DNA of 64,000 nt from a virus. Position 1 is the first letter of the stretch, and every line of letters begins with the position of its first letter. This document shows, piece after piece, positions 45,188-54,329 of the stretch. A program made the position numbers and the translations under genes. The notes beneath the pieces were generated by a model. It did no database searches and was not told the origin of the DNA. It was given only the letters and a program-made list of their open reading frames with translations. The stretch spans positions 1-64,000 of the IMG/VR virus record IMGVR_UViG_3300017991_000007, one strand, 5' to 3'.

Positions 45188-46040
45188 GACGTGTAAGACT
45201 TGTAAGCACCGTTTTATAGACTATGGTACGCAAAATTGCTGGCATACACGCCGGGAAATACCTCTTGAGGGAACGTGTGAAAAGTGGGAGTCAAAGATGA
45301 CTGAAACAATAACGATACCGTCTGAGAGTAAAATGTGCGGCTTGTGCAAGCATTTCAATTGGGATGAGTTGTACGATAGGGGCTTGGAAAAGCCTTTTCC
45401 GGCCAACGTCAAATCCTCTTGTCTTGAGAGTGTGGGTACGCTCGTAAAAGCAAATGGTTTGGGAATACCGGGCATAAATAAGTGCGACTTTTTTGAGGCT
45501 GCGGGTACTGCCCCTACTCCGAAAGGTAGAAAAAGACCGGTATCGGGTGGGGATTTTAAGAAAAAGGCTGAGGCTTTTTTAGAGATTCTAAGAGAGTTGA
45601 ATCCGGGTATGCCGGTAGAGGCAATCAAAGACTTGACTGAGTTTTCGCTAAAGGCTGCGGATAGAGGTCATGCTTTGGGGGTGATCATGGATGATGATAA
45701 GACCGGTACTGAGGTCAATTTTAGCGTTCCTAAGAATGCTGGTAGTGTAGAGAGGGATGAATTTAGTCTGAGTTGGGCGGTTACGCCGGGGTATGAGTAC
45801 AACGGCGTAAAAGTAGTTGTGGGGTGGGGAGCGGGAGATTTTACTGAAACCACAACGGTAGCGCACTTGCTCCAAGTTTTAGAGACACACCATGACGATA
45901 CTGCTTTTATTGATATGGAGCATTTCAGGCTTGGTACGCCGGGATGCAAGCTTGTTATAACCAAGGGGGAGCTACTTTCTGCCCTTGAGGAATCCGGGGC
46001 ATTGGCAGCTTACGATAGGGTAAGGGAGAGTGAGGAATGA
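45114..46040 (+). CDS. Hypothetical protein with Cys clusters
   Basis: CKTCKH and CGLCKH repeats. Confidence 0.5.
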   Translation: MPLILGPIVEVFGGSRISWELELDKTCKTCKHRFIDYGTQNCWHTRREIPLEGTCEKWESKMTETITIPSESKMCGLCKHFNWDELYDRGLEKPFPANVKSSCLESVGTLVKANGLGIPGINKCDFFEAAGTAPTPKGRKRPVSGGDFKKKAEAFLEILRELNPGMPVEAIKDLTEFSLKAADRGHALGVIMDDDKTGTEVNFSVPKNAGSVERDEFSLSWAVTPGYEYNGVKVVVGWGAGDFTETTTVAHLLQVLETHHDDTAFIDMEHFRLGTPGCKLVITKGELLSALEESGALAAYDRVRESEE

Positions 46041-46441
46041 AACGGTTGATTCGATATGGATTGCATAATGTGGATACTTGGGGTCCAAAGAGGGTCCGTA
46101 TTCGCTTGAATAAGCTAATGCCTATTGAAACGCATTTTGATGGTGTGAATTGGTTTGCAACGGCTTGCGGCGGGGTCATTAAAGGTGATACGGAAATCTT
46201 TGACGATAAGACTGAGGCACGGGCAATTTGGGATTTGCGGCAAGAGATTGGTGGGCTTGTGGGTAGGGATCATTTTATGTACGCAAGAAATGATTTTACG
46301 GAAAAAGGGATGCGGTCTTTTGAGCGGGAACGGGATGCCCTTATGCCTTTCTTACCTGAGAATAAATGGCCTTTTGCTGCGGTGATTGAGGAAAAGTACG
46401 GATATAAATCTAAAAGACTTGACAACCCGAAAACGGGGTAG
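46037..46441 (+). CDS. Hypothetical protein
   Basis: Coupled ORF. Confidence 0.55.
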   Translation: MKRLIRYGLHNVDTWGPKRVRIRLNKLMPIETHFDGVNWFATACGGVIKGDTEIFDDKTEARAIWDLRQEIGGLVGRDHFMYARNDFTEKGMRSFERERDALMPFLPENKWPFAAVIEEKYGYKSKRLDNPKTG

Positions 46442-46479
46442 TAGAGTAAATCGTTAGTAACAATTAAGGGGTAGAATCC

Positions 46480-46713
46480 TTGTCTTTGATCCAGAAAGAT
46501 ATGAAAGGTGATTTGGGGGGAGTAGCCTGTATTCGTGATACACGCATTGCCGTGTGGGAAGTTGTCAGGCTATGGCGAATGAACCTTTTGGACAAGGATG
46601 TTTTCAAGCAATATCCAGAACTAACAAAAGAGGATTTAGAGGCTGCTTGGCAATACTATCTCAAGCATTCCTCTGAGATTCTAGGGGAAATTCAGAAACG
46701 GAAAGAGGGGTAG
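46480..46713 (+). CDS. DUF433-family protein
   Basis: GG.ACIRDTRIAV..VV...YPELTKEDL.AA..Y. Confidence 0.8.
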   Translation: MSLIQKDMKGDLGGVACIRDTRIAVWEVVRLWRMNLLDKDVFKQYPELTKEDLEAAWQYYLKHSSEILGEIQKRKEG

Positions 46714-46716
46714 AAA

Positions 46717-47214
46717 ATGGTTAAGGCAACCAAACCGCCGAGTGTGTCCGATTCAATTTTTGAGGGCAAACAGTACGTCCAAAAAGGGATGAAAAACGGG
46801 GGCGTGAAATGCCCTTGCTGCGGTAAAAAGGCAAAGATTTGGACACGGGGAATCACCTCATCAATGGCAAAATCGCTGATTAACTTGGTGCGCCGTTACC
46901 TGAAAGAGAGAAAGGCGTATCATATCAGTCAGTTTTATGCCAAAACATCCGGCTCTTGGGGTGGTGATTTCGCTCTTATGCGTCATTGGGGATTGATTGA
47001 GGGTGTATATGATCCCAAGACCGGAAAACGCATTCAAGCAATGTGGACACCCACAGACAAGGGGATTGATTTTGTTTTGGGCAAGATCAGGGTAATCCGG
47101 TCTGCGGATACCTACAATGGAAAAATCCTTGCATGGTCTGAGGATAAGGTGGATATCAGGGATGCCCTTGGTAACAAATTCGATTATGATAAGCTGGTAG
47201 CGGGGCTGCTTTAA
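46717..47214 (+). CDS. Conserved phage protein (Zn ribbon plus winged helix)
   Basis: CPCCG...L.HWGLIE...W.PT.KG.DF. Confidence 0.65.
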   Translation: MVKATKPPSVSDSIFEGKQYVQKGMKNGGVKCPCCGKKAKIWTRGITSSMAKSLINLVRRYLKERKAYHISQFYAKTSGSWGGDFALMRHWGLIEGVYDPKTGKRIQAMWTPTDKGIDFVLGKIRVIRSADTYNGKILAWSEDKVDIRDALGNKFDYDKLVAGLL

Positions 47215-47831
47215 TGCAAGTGGCAAAAGAGGTCCAAGTAAAAGCTTACACTCTAGCGGACGGTAATATTGATATGGAGGCTCTTTTTTGGGCTATGTTC
47301 CCGTCCGTTTTTATTCCAGACCGGTCCACTCTTACGGTTTATCTTGAGTCCTTTGGAAAAGTCTTTGATCCTGCGGCGGCAAAAGCAGCCTGTATTAATG
47401 CAGCGGCCTTATTCGATAAGCCCCCAAACATGGCAGGGAGCGGGGAGGAATTCGGTAAGTCTCAGGCTTTGGCAGATATGATCAGAGGTCCGAGCGGGTA
47501 TATGGTTACGGATGCTTTGCAGGATACTTTCAAGACGTGGGCTGAGGGGTTGATTGCGGGTGCTGAAATTCGTATGAGTAATAAGATAACCGACCTCAAA
47601 GCCGTGCTTGATACCAAAGACAATAAAGGCAGACAAGCGATTGAACTCAAGGCGGGCAGTACCCATATTCTCGTACATGCAGACGGATTCTATTTCAACG
47701 GTGAAAAGCGGGATGATCCTTTTGGAGTCTATGACGCTTTTGTAAGTTTTCTTGAGGAATCGGGGCATATTGACCCGGAAAAGGTCTTTGCGGATGCCAC
47801 GAAAACTGAGGATGATGAGGATGAGGAATAG
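47214..47831 (+). CDS. Hypothetical protein
   Basis: Coupled ORF, acidic tail. Confidence 0.6.
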   Translation: MQVAKEVQVKAYTLADGNIDMEALFWAMFPSVFIPDRSTLTVYLESFGKVFDPAAAKAACINAAALFDKPPNMAGSGEEFGKSQALADMIRGPSGYMVTDALQDTFKTWAEGLIAGAEIRMSNKITDLKAVLDTKDNKGRQAIELKAGSTHILVHADGFYFNGEKRDDPFGVYDAFVSFLEESGHIDPEKVFADATKTEDDEDEE

Positions 47832-47913
47832 TGTGGTATGCTTTATCTTTTTTCGCAGGGCTGTCCGTGGGAATATTCATAATGGCGATTGCAAATATGC
47901 TGAGGGATGATGA

Positions 47914-48213
47914 ATGGTAAGTCAAGGTAACGGTGAAAGCCGGAAATTGAAAATTGTGCGGACGGGGTTGCTTGCCGTCATGTTGCAGATTGTTGTTGGT
48001 CTTTTCGCAGTTGGGTATTTCCCGGTTGAAAAGGCTGCGGTAGTCGGACAAATACTGGCAGCATCCCTTACCGTAACGGGAATCATTTGTGGGGGCTATG
48101 TTGGAATTCAGGGTTGGGCAGATGGACGTGCTGTTACCGGGCATTATCATGCTCAAGCCAACCCGAATATAGCCGCAACTAATTCAATAGGAGAGGATGA
48201 GCAAGCAGTATGA
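47914..48213 (+). CDS. Holin-like two-TM membrane protein
   Basis: SRK..., two hydrophobic helices, YVG.QG.AD. Confidence 0.55.
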   Translation: MVSQGNGESRKLKIVRTGLLAVMLQIVVGLFAVGYFPVEKAAVVGQILAASLTVTGIICGGYVGIQGWADGRAVTGHYHAQANPNIAATNSIGEDEQAV

Positions 48214-48518
48214 GCCAAAGAAGTAATAACAAGCACCGACTGAGGCAGGGACAGGTTTGCCGAATACTTAATTTTTCATCCCCACGTCTGAGTGTTCTGC
48301 GGAATGAGGGGCGGCTTAGGGAAACGGGGATAGATAAGCAAGGTCGGTATTGGAGTCCGCAAACTATTATGACTTATGTTGAATTTCAAGAAAGGGCCGG
48401 ACGTTTGGAGGATGCAGCCACGTATCGAAAAATGGTTCAACAGAGATTGCGAGAGGAAATGTACGGATTAGAACATCATGCAGCGGCGGGCAGACCCGCA
48501 AAAGGAGATAGCAAATGA
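48210..48518 (+). CDS. HTH (MerR/excisionase-like) protein
   Basis: QVCRIL..S..RL......GRL.......GRYW. Confidence 0.5.
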   Translation: MSQRSNNKHRLRQGQVCRILNFSSPRLSVLRNEGRLRETGIDKQGRYWSPQTIMTYVEFQERAGRLEDAATYRKMVQQRLREEMYGLEHHAAAGRPAKGDSK

Positions 48519-49156
48519 TATTGACAGGCAGCGAGATTGAGAAAGAAGTGAAAGCCGGGAAAATCATTATTGACCCGTTTGACCCGGAATGCTTGGGACC
48601 GAATTCCTATGATATCGCTTTGGGACCAAACATTAAACTTTATGAGTTGGCTCCCCCGGATTCACTCATTCGGCAACGTACCATTATGAGTACGGATGGA
48701 AAACCAATACAAGCAGTGGTACCGTCCGTAATTGACCCCTCAGACCCGAATCATCCTATCTTTGATGTTGTCATGCCTGAGAGTGGGTTGATCCTTTGGC
48801 CGGATAAGCTTTACCTTGCACATACGGTAGAGGCGTTTGGCAGTGATCATTTCGTACCCCGAATTACCGGGCGGTCAAGTTTTGGCCGGTACGGTGTAAA
48901 TGTGCATTGCACTGCGGGCTTTGGTGATCTTGGTTATAAGTCTCAGTGGACCTTGGAAATTACGGTCATGCAGCCTATCCTTTTAAGACCGGGTATGCGT
49001 ATCGCACAAGCGTATTTCTATGAGGTCAAAGGAGAGAAAACCAAGCTTTACCGGGGCAAGTATCTGAATGCCAAAGGTGTGATTGAAAGCCGTGCTTATG
49101 AGGAAATCAAGAAACCGGCTCCCCCGCAGCAACCGGGTAGTCAGCAAAAACATTAA
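48515..49156 (+). CDS. dcd: dCTP deaminase
   Basis: MILT..EI, GPNSYD, GRSSFGR.G, TAGFGD.GY...WTLEI, PGMRIAQ. Confidence 0.92.
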   Translation: MILTGSEIEKEVKAGKIIIDPFDPECLGPNSYDIALGPNIKLYELAPPDSLIRQRTIMSTDGKPIQAVVPSVIDPSDPNHPIFDVVMPESGLILWPDKLYLAHTVEAFGSDHFVPRITGRSSFGRYGVNVHCTAGFGDLGYKSQWTLEITVMQPILLRPGMRIAQAYFYEVKGEKTKLYRGKYLNAKGVIESRAYEEIKKPAPPQQPGSQQKH

Positions 49157-49212
49157 AAAGTGCAAGCGAGTGCATTTTTTACTTGACAAGGCTCTTTTGC
49201 ATTGTTATGGTT
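49155..49212 (+). promoter_or_regulatory. Operator variant plus sigma70 promoter
   Basis: TGCAAGCGAGTGCA 49161-74, TTGACA 49183-88. Confidence 0.7.
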
Positions 49213-49254
49213 AGGCAAGTTGATTGAAACGCAAACTTGCAAAGGGGTATGCAA

Positions 49255-49863
49255 ATGGCGAAAGCTAAGGCAACTAAGAAAAAAGAGGTCACTGAGATTC
49301 CTTTCACTGAGGATATTCAGACTCTTTTTACTGCGACAATGGCTACCGCTGAGGAATTGAAGGGTGGTACGGTTAAACCGAATACTGAGGATGCTCTTTT
49401 CATCCATGCCGGTTACAAGGGCATTGAAAAGGCTGCAAAGGCCGGTATTGATGCAGTACGTCCGATTCTCCAAAAGGCGGCTGAGGATACTGAGGGTGGT
49501 ACTTTTGAGGGTGCCAACGGGAAAGCTACCTATACATGGATTCAGGGTGACGATACCGTGAATTTCACTGAGGCAACTACCGAATTGCTTGAGCAAAAAG
49601 GTGTCTTGGATGATAGCGTGGTTATCCATGCGACTCTCAAACCGGGCGTTGAAGTGGAAAAGATAACCGAAAAAGAGCTTGAGGTTATTCAAAAATACTT
49701 CGATGTAGAGTACACTCTTTCCCATGAAAAAATTGCGGCTCAAGTCACTCTTGAAAAACTCACTCAAGAGGAATTGGACGCAACGGTAGAGCGTGTTCCT
49801 GCAAAGGGTTACGGTAGGCTGAATGTCACACCGGCAAAAGAGGTTAAGAAGTCTTTTTCCTAA
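49255..49863 (+). CDS. Hypothetical protein
   Basis: Monocistronic unit with promoter and terminator (49899-49933). Confidence 0.7.
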   Translation: MAKAKATKKKEVTEIPFTEDIQTLFTATMATAEELKGGTVKPNTEDALFIHAGYKGIEKAAKAGIDAVRPILQKAAEDTEGGTFEGANGKATYTWIQGDDTVNFTEATTELLEQKGVLDDSVVIHATLKPGVEVEKITEKELEVIQKYFDVEYTLSHEKIAAQVTLEKLTQEELDATVERVPAKGYGRLNVTPAKEVKKSFS

Positions 49864-49952
49864 GCCTCTAAGACACACCGGATTGATAAACTCTTTATAA
49901 GACGTAAGGGTGTAATGCCCTTGCGTCTTTTTTGCTTTGAGGGATAGGTGCT

Positions 49953-51932
49953 ATGGATAATGTGTTTCGATTGACTGAGGGATTCCTTGATAAGTACAAA
50001 GGCCGTCAACCAAATTGGGGGTACGGCGTTGTGGGGTGGGTGACGTACAAGCGCACCTATGCCCGGTTAAAACCGGACGGCAATTTAGAGGATTGGTGGG
50101 AAACGGTAAAGCGGGTAGTAGAGGGTTGCTACAATGTTCAAAAGCTTCATTGTGAGGCACACCGCTTACCGTGGAATGGTAACAAGGGGCAGCTATCAGC
50201 CCAAAAGATGTATGACTTGATCTTTAATATGAAATTTCTACCGCCGGGTAGAGGGCTTTGGGCAATGGGTACTGAGTATGTTTCGGAGCGTGGCAGTGCG
50301 GCTTTGAATAATTGTGGATTTGTCAGTACCAAGGATATCAAGAGGGACTTTGCCCGTCCTTTCTGTTTTCTTATGGATATGAGTATGCTTGGAGTGGGGG
50401 TGGGAGCGGATACCAAAGGGGCCGGTACTTTCACCTTGACGCAACCGGATTACGATGATGAGCCTTATATCATTCCAGACTCAAGAGAGGGTTGGGTTGA
50501 TTCGCTCAAGGCTATTTTGGATGCGTTTTCCGGGCGTGGTAGGTTGCCCGCCAAATTCGATTACTCCCAAATCAGACCGCAGGGCGCAACTCTCAGGGGG
50601 TTTGGGGGTAAAGCCTCTGGACCCGGACCTTTGAAGCTACTCCATAAAGACGTGATCCGAATGCTGCATAAGCAAGTGTATGAAAAGAATGGAGAGGTAA
50701 CGTCAACTGTTATCGTAGATATTTTCAACATGGCAGGGCGTTGTGTTGTAGCGGGTGGTATTCGTAGGTCCGCTGAAATCATGCTTGGGGATTCTGAGGA
50801 TGCTGATTTTCTGGACTTGAAAAACCCTGCTAAGTGGAAAAAGGAGTTGAATTCGCATAGGTGGGCATCCAATAACTCAGTGTTCGCTGAGGTTGGCATG
50901 GACTATGAGCCTTTTGTGGATCAAATCATGGAAAACGGGGAGCCGGGTTTCGTTTGGTTGGATAATGCCCGGAATTATGGACGGATGATTGATGGATTCA
51001 ATGAGGATGCGGACCCGTTTGTAATGGGATGTAACCCGTGCGGCGAACAGTCGCTTGAATCTTATGAGCTTTGCAATCTGGTAGAGACTTTTCCGGCATT
51101 CCACGAATCTTATGAGGAATTTCAGTTTACACTGAAATATGCGTACCTATACGCAAAGACCGTATCCCTGATTCCCACGCATGATCCCAACGCAAATGCG
51201 ATTATCGGACGTAACCGGCGCATTGGCACGTCCGTATCCGGTATCACTCAGGCAATTCAGAGGTTTGGTTTTCGGAGTTTTATTCAAATGCTTGATAAGG
51301 GCTACCAATATCTGCGGCAACTGGACAATATTTATGCCCGCTGGTTATGTGTGCCAAACTCAATCAAACTAACATCCGTGAAACCATCCGGTACCATTTC
51401 CCTCTTGACGGGTGCGACCCCCGGTATCCATTTCCCCGAATCTGAATACTACATAAGAAACATCCGGTTTGATCCCGGCTCCCCGCTTTTGGAGCGGCTT
51501 GAGGCTGCGGGCTACCCGGTAGAACCATCCATTCAGAAAGATAATACATTAGTAGTGAGCTTTCCCGTCCGGCAAGAGCTTTTCAGCAAATCTAAGTATG
51601 ACGTGACGGTTTGGGAACAATTTGAGCTTGCCAGCCAGATACAGAAGCATTGGAGCGATAATCAGGTATCGGTCACTATCACGGTGCAAGAGGGAGAGGC
51701 GCAAGATGTTCCACGCTGCCTTTCGATGTACGAGAGTAGGCTGAAATCGGTATCAATGCTGCCTTTAGGGGAGCATGGTTATAAGCAAGCCCCGTATATT
51801 CCAATTACCAAGGCTGAGTATGATAAGATGATGAGAAAGTTAAAACCTTTGGACTTCAATGTGTCCGAGAAAGAGTGCCATGACCAAGAAGATAAATTCT
51901 GCGATTCAGAAAGCTGCGAAATCAAAACCTAA
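49953..51932 (+). CDS. nrdJ: Class II (B12-dependent) ribonucleotide reductase, monomeric RTPR type
   Basis: RTYAR, PPGRGLW, NNC, RRSA, GCNPCGEQ, TSVKPSGT, C-terminal CDSESC. Confidence 0.92.
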   Translation: MDNVFRLTEGFLDKYKGRQPNWGYGVVGWVTYKRTYARLKPDGNLEDWWETVKRVVEGCYNVQKLHCEAHRLPWNGNKGQLSAQKMYDLIFNMKFLPPGRGLWAMGTEYVSERGSAALNNCGFVSTKDIKRDFARPFCFLMDMSMLGVGVGADTKGAGTFTLTQPDYDDEPYIIPDSREGWVDSLKAILDAFSGRGRLPAKFDYSQIRPQGATLRGFGGKASGPGPLKLLHKDVIRMLHKQVYEKNGEVTSTVIVDIFNMAGRCVVAGGIRRSAEIMLGDSEDADFLDLKNPAKWKKELNSHRWASNNSVFAEVGMDYEPFVDQIMENGEPGFVWLDNARNYGRMIDGFNEDADPFVMGCNPCGEQSLESYELCNLVETFPAFHESYEEFQFTLKYAYLYAKTVSLIPTHDPNANAIIGRNRRIGTSVSGITQAIQRFGFRSFIQMLDKGYQYLRQLDNIYARWLCVPNSIKLTSVKPSGTISLLTGATPGIHFPESEYYIRNIRFDPGSPLLERLEAAGYPVEPSIQKDNTLVVSFPVRQELFSKSKYDVTVWEQFELASQIQKHWSDNQVSVTITVQEGEAQDVPRCLSMYESRLKSVSMLPLGEHGYKQAPYIPITKAEYDKMMRKLKPLDFNVSEKECHDQEDKFCDSESCEIKT

Positions 51933-52100
51933 GTTCGTACCAAGGGAACGGTTGCGTTCCTGTAGGAAGTGTGGGAGCATATTTCGTAGTGATGACCATT
52001 ATTTGTGTCGTAATTGTCGGGGTAAAGAGGCGAAAAAGCATACCCCGAAAAAGAAGTTTGATAATGAGAGTATGATTGTCCGTCTGCAAGGGGGTCCGAA

Positions 52101-53942
52101 ATGAGTAAGGGTAAGAAGTCCACAAAGAAAAAAGGTGTGGAAGGGCAGCGTACCAGACCGCCGGTAGAGGAATACATTATGGAGAAAGTAGTTGACTCTC
52201 AAGAGGTCGTAGTCAAGGTCTTTGGCGGCGGCGGTATTGACGGTCATTCTCAAATTGGAAAGATGGAAAGATTTGGAGCAAGGTCTAAGCAGCTTCCCCC
52301 GGATCATTTTGAGCAAGATATCCGAGCCGGAAATGTTATTGCTCCCCTTTATGATCCTGCGGTTTGGGCTTTCCTCTTAGAGCAAAATACAAGGCTAAAT
52401 AAGCTTGTCAACTCAATGGCGTGTAACACCGTTGGTTTGGGTTGGAAAATCGTACCGGTTAAAGAGGATGAGACTTATATTGAACAAAACAAGAAAGAGA
52501 TTGAGGCAGAAAAGGAACTGTTGATCCCCCTTTTCCAGCATCCTAATCCAGAGGTTCCCTTTACCGAGCTTATGAAAATGGTCAAGGTTGATGAGGAAAG
52601 CACGGGGCAGGGTTGGATGGAGGTTATCAGAAATCTCAAGGGTGACAAGGTTGCAAATATGAATCATTTGCCGTCCTACACCATGCGGGTTGCTAAAGGT
52701 GGGGATAGGTTTGTTCAAATGCGTCCCTCTGATACTTCCAAGAAAGTGTATTTCAAGCCTTTCGGAGTAGAGAGGAAATTGGATTCTTTAACCGGAGAGT
52801 GGGAGAAACCGGGTCAACCGATACCGGCTGATAGAGAGGCTAATGAAGTTCTTTACTGGAAAATTTACAACCCACGCTCATCTTTTTATGGTGCGCCAAG
52901 AGTTGTATCCGCAGCACCGGCTGTTGCTGGTACACGCCTTGCCCACAAACGAAACGTGGCATTCTTTGAAAACGATGCGACCCCACGCCTTGCGATTATC
53001 GTAAATGGAGGGCAGCTTTCGGATGAATCAATGAAAATGATTGAGGATTTTGTTGATGCCCGTGGAAAAGGACCGGGTAATGCTGGTAGATTGATGGTTT
53101 TGCAAGCACGGGGAGCCGATTCAATGCTTGCGGATGCGAGTCAACTCAATATTAACCTTATGCCGCTTACCGTGGGAGTCCAAGATGATGCCAGCTTTAG
53201 CCGGTACCTCACTCAGAATAATGAGGAAGTACGAGAGGCATTTGGTATTGGACAAATTTTCATTGGTACCTCAGACGATGTAAACCGAGCGGTTGCTTTG
53301 GCGATGAAACAATTGACTGTAGAGCAAGTTTTTGAGCCTGAATCACGGCGTTATGAGTATCGAATCAATGAAACAATCGTAAAGACTTTCAATGTCAAAC
53401 ACGTCCGGCTCAAATTTATCAGACCCCGGACTACCGATATGCAAGCTGAGTCTCAAGCATACTCTATGCTTGCTGCGGTTGGCGGCGTAACTCCCAATGA
53501 CGTGCGTGATTTCCTTGAGAAACCGAGATTTGAGGGCAAGTGGGCAAATACTCCGCTTTCGGTCCTGCGTTCTGGAATGATGGAAATTCAGGATAACCCG
53601 GATGCTACTATGTGGACTGAGTATGGTGACAAAATTCCTCAGCAAGAGTTGGTTGATGCTCAAGCCGATAAAGTCCGCATGGAGGTTGGTATGGCAGGGG
53701 CGCAAGCTACGACCCCACAAAAGATGCCAACTGAGGGTGCTACGATAACCCCGCCGGGTATTATGGACCGTGATAAGATCAAAGAAGCGGTTAGAGCAAC
53801 CCCGGAAAACCGGGAAGCGGCCAAAGAAGCATTGAAAGAGTTTCCCGCTGAGAGTATCCAAGAATCTATAGATGAAATGCAAGCGATTGCACAAGGTCTT
53901 AGGGATATGGGATTCAATGTGGAAGTCACTTTACCTGAGTAA
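52101..53942 (+). CDS. Portal protein (PBSX-like)
   Basis: YGAP, FFENDATP, EAFGI....IG, TPNDVR..L; first gene of the head module. Confidence 0.88.
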   Translation: MSKGKKSTKKKGVEGQRTRPPVEEYIMEKVVDSQEVVVKVFGGGGIDGHSQIGKMERFGARSKQLPPDHFEQDIRAGNVIAPLYDPAVWAFLLEQNTRLNKLVNSMACNTVGLGWKIVPVKEDETYIEQNKKEIEAEKELLIPLFQHPNPEVPFTELMKMVKVDEESTGQGWMEVIRNLKGDKVANMNHLPSYTMRVAKGGDRFVQMRPSDTSKKVYFKPFGVERKLDSLTGEWEKPGQPIPADREANEVLYWKIYNPRSSFYGAPRVVSAAPAVAGTRLAHKRNVAFFENDATPRLAIIVNGGQLSDESMKMIEDFVDARGKGPGNAGRLMVLQARGADSMLADASQLNINLMPLTVGVQDDASFSRYLTQNNEEVREAFGIGQIFIGTSDDVNRAVALAMKQLTVEQVFEPESRRYEYRINETIVKTFNVKHVRLKFIRPRTTDMQAESQAYSMLAAVGGVTPNDVRDFLEKPRFEGKWANTPLSVLRSGMMEIQDNPDATMWTEYGDKIPQQELVDAQADKVRMEVGMAGAQATTPQKMPTEGATITPPGIMDRDKIKEAVRATPENREAAKEALKEFPAESIQESIDEMQAIAQGLRDMGFNVEVTLPE

Positions 53943-54074
53943 AGACGTGAAAAAAGCCTTACACACCATTTTAGGAAACGCAAAGATATAGGGTTGACAA
54001 AAATTTTTTGCATAAGTACACTGATTTCTGTATGATACTTGGTATAGAAACCTAAAGTTTCAAGGAGAACGACA

Positions 54075-54293
54075 ATGCCGATGCCTAAGTACAAATCCCC
54101 CAACAAAAATGCGAGAGTTGCAGACGTGTCTTTGGTTGGTACCCGTGCTAACGTGGTTCGTCACGGCGCACCCCGTATGGCTGACCAAACCGCAGCCGGG
54201 AATGTCAATACTGCATCAAGCCGGAATACTTCAAACTATTCCGACCTGAATCAGAAACGGAACAAGGGTGCTGGTAAGGACATGATTAGCTAA
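54075..54293 (+). CDS. Small basic protein
   Basis: AAGGAG RBS after promoter at 53994. Confidence 0.6.
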   Translation: MPMPKYKSPNKNARVADVSLVGTRANVVRHGAPRMADQTAAGNVNTASSRNTSNYSDLNQKRNKGAGKDMIS

Positions 54294-54329
54294 ATCCAGC
54301 GTTTCGGTTCTAAAGCAGTAGGAGTAGGG

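Noticed and set aside
641-49190. Operator repeats as a CRISPR array, integron attC sites or IS ends
   Set aside because: Copies are dispersed and tied to -35/-10 boxes; no integrase, transposase or regular spacing is seen.
49153-49878. Long antisense ORFs (for example 49153-49878, 3484-4077, 53343-53894, 56818-57411)
   Set aside because: They are shadows of well-supported opposite-strand genes and lack an RBS or recognisable motifs.
9630-51932. Inteins or introns in TerL and RNR
   Set aside because: Lengths are typical, motifs are contiguous, and no intein or homing endonuclease signatures are seen.
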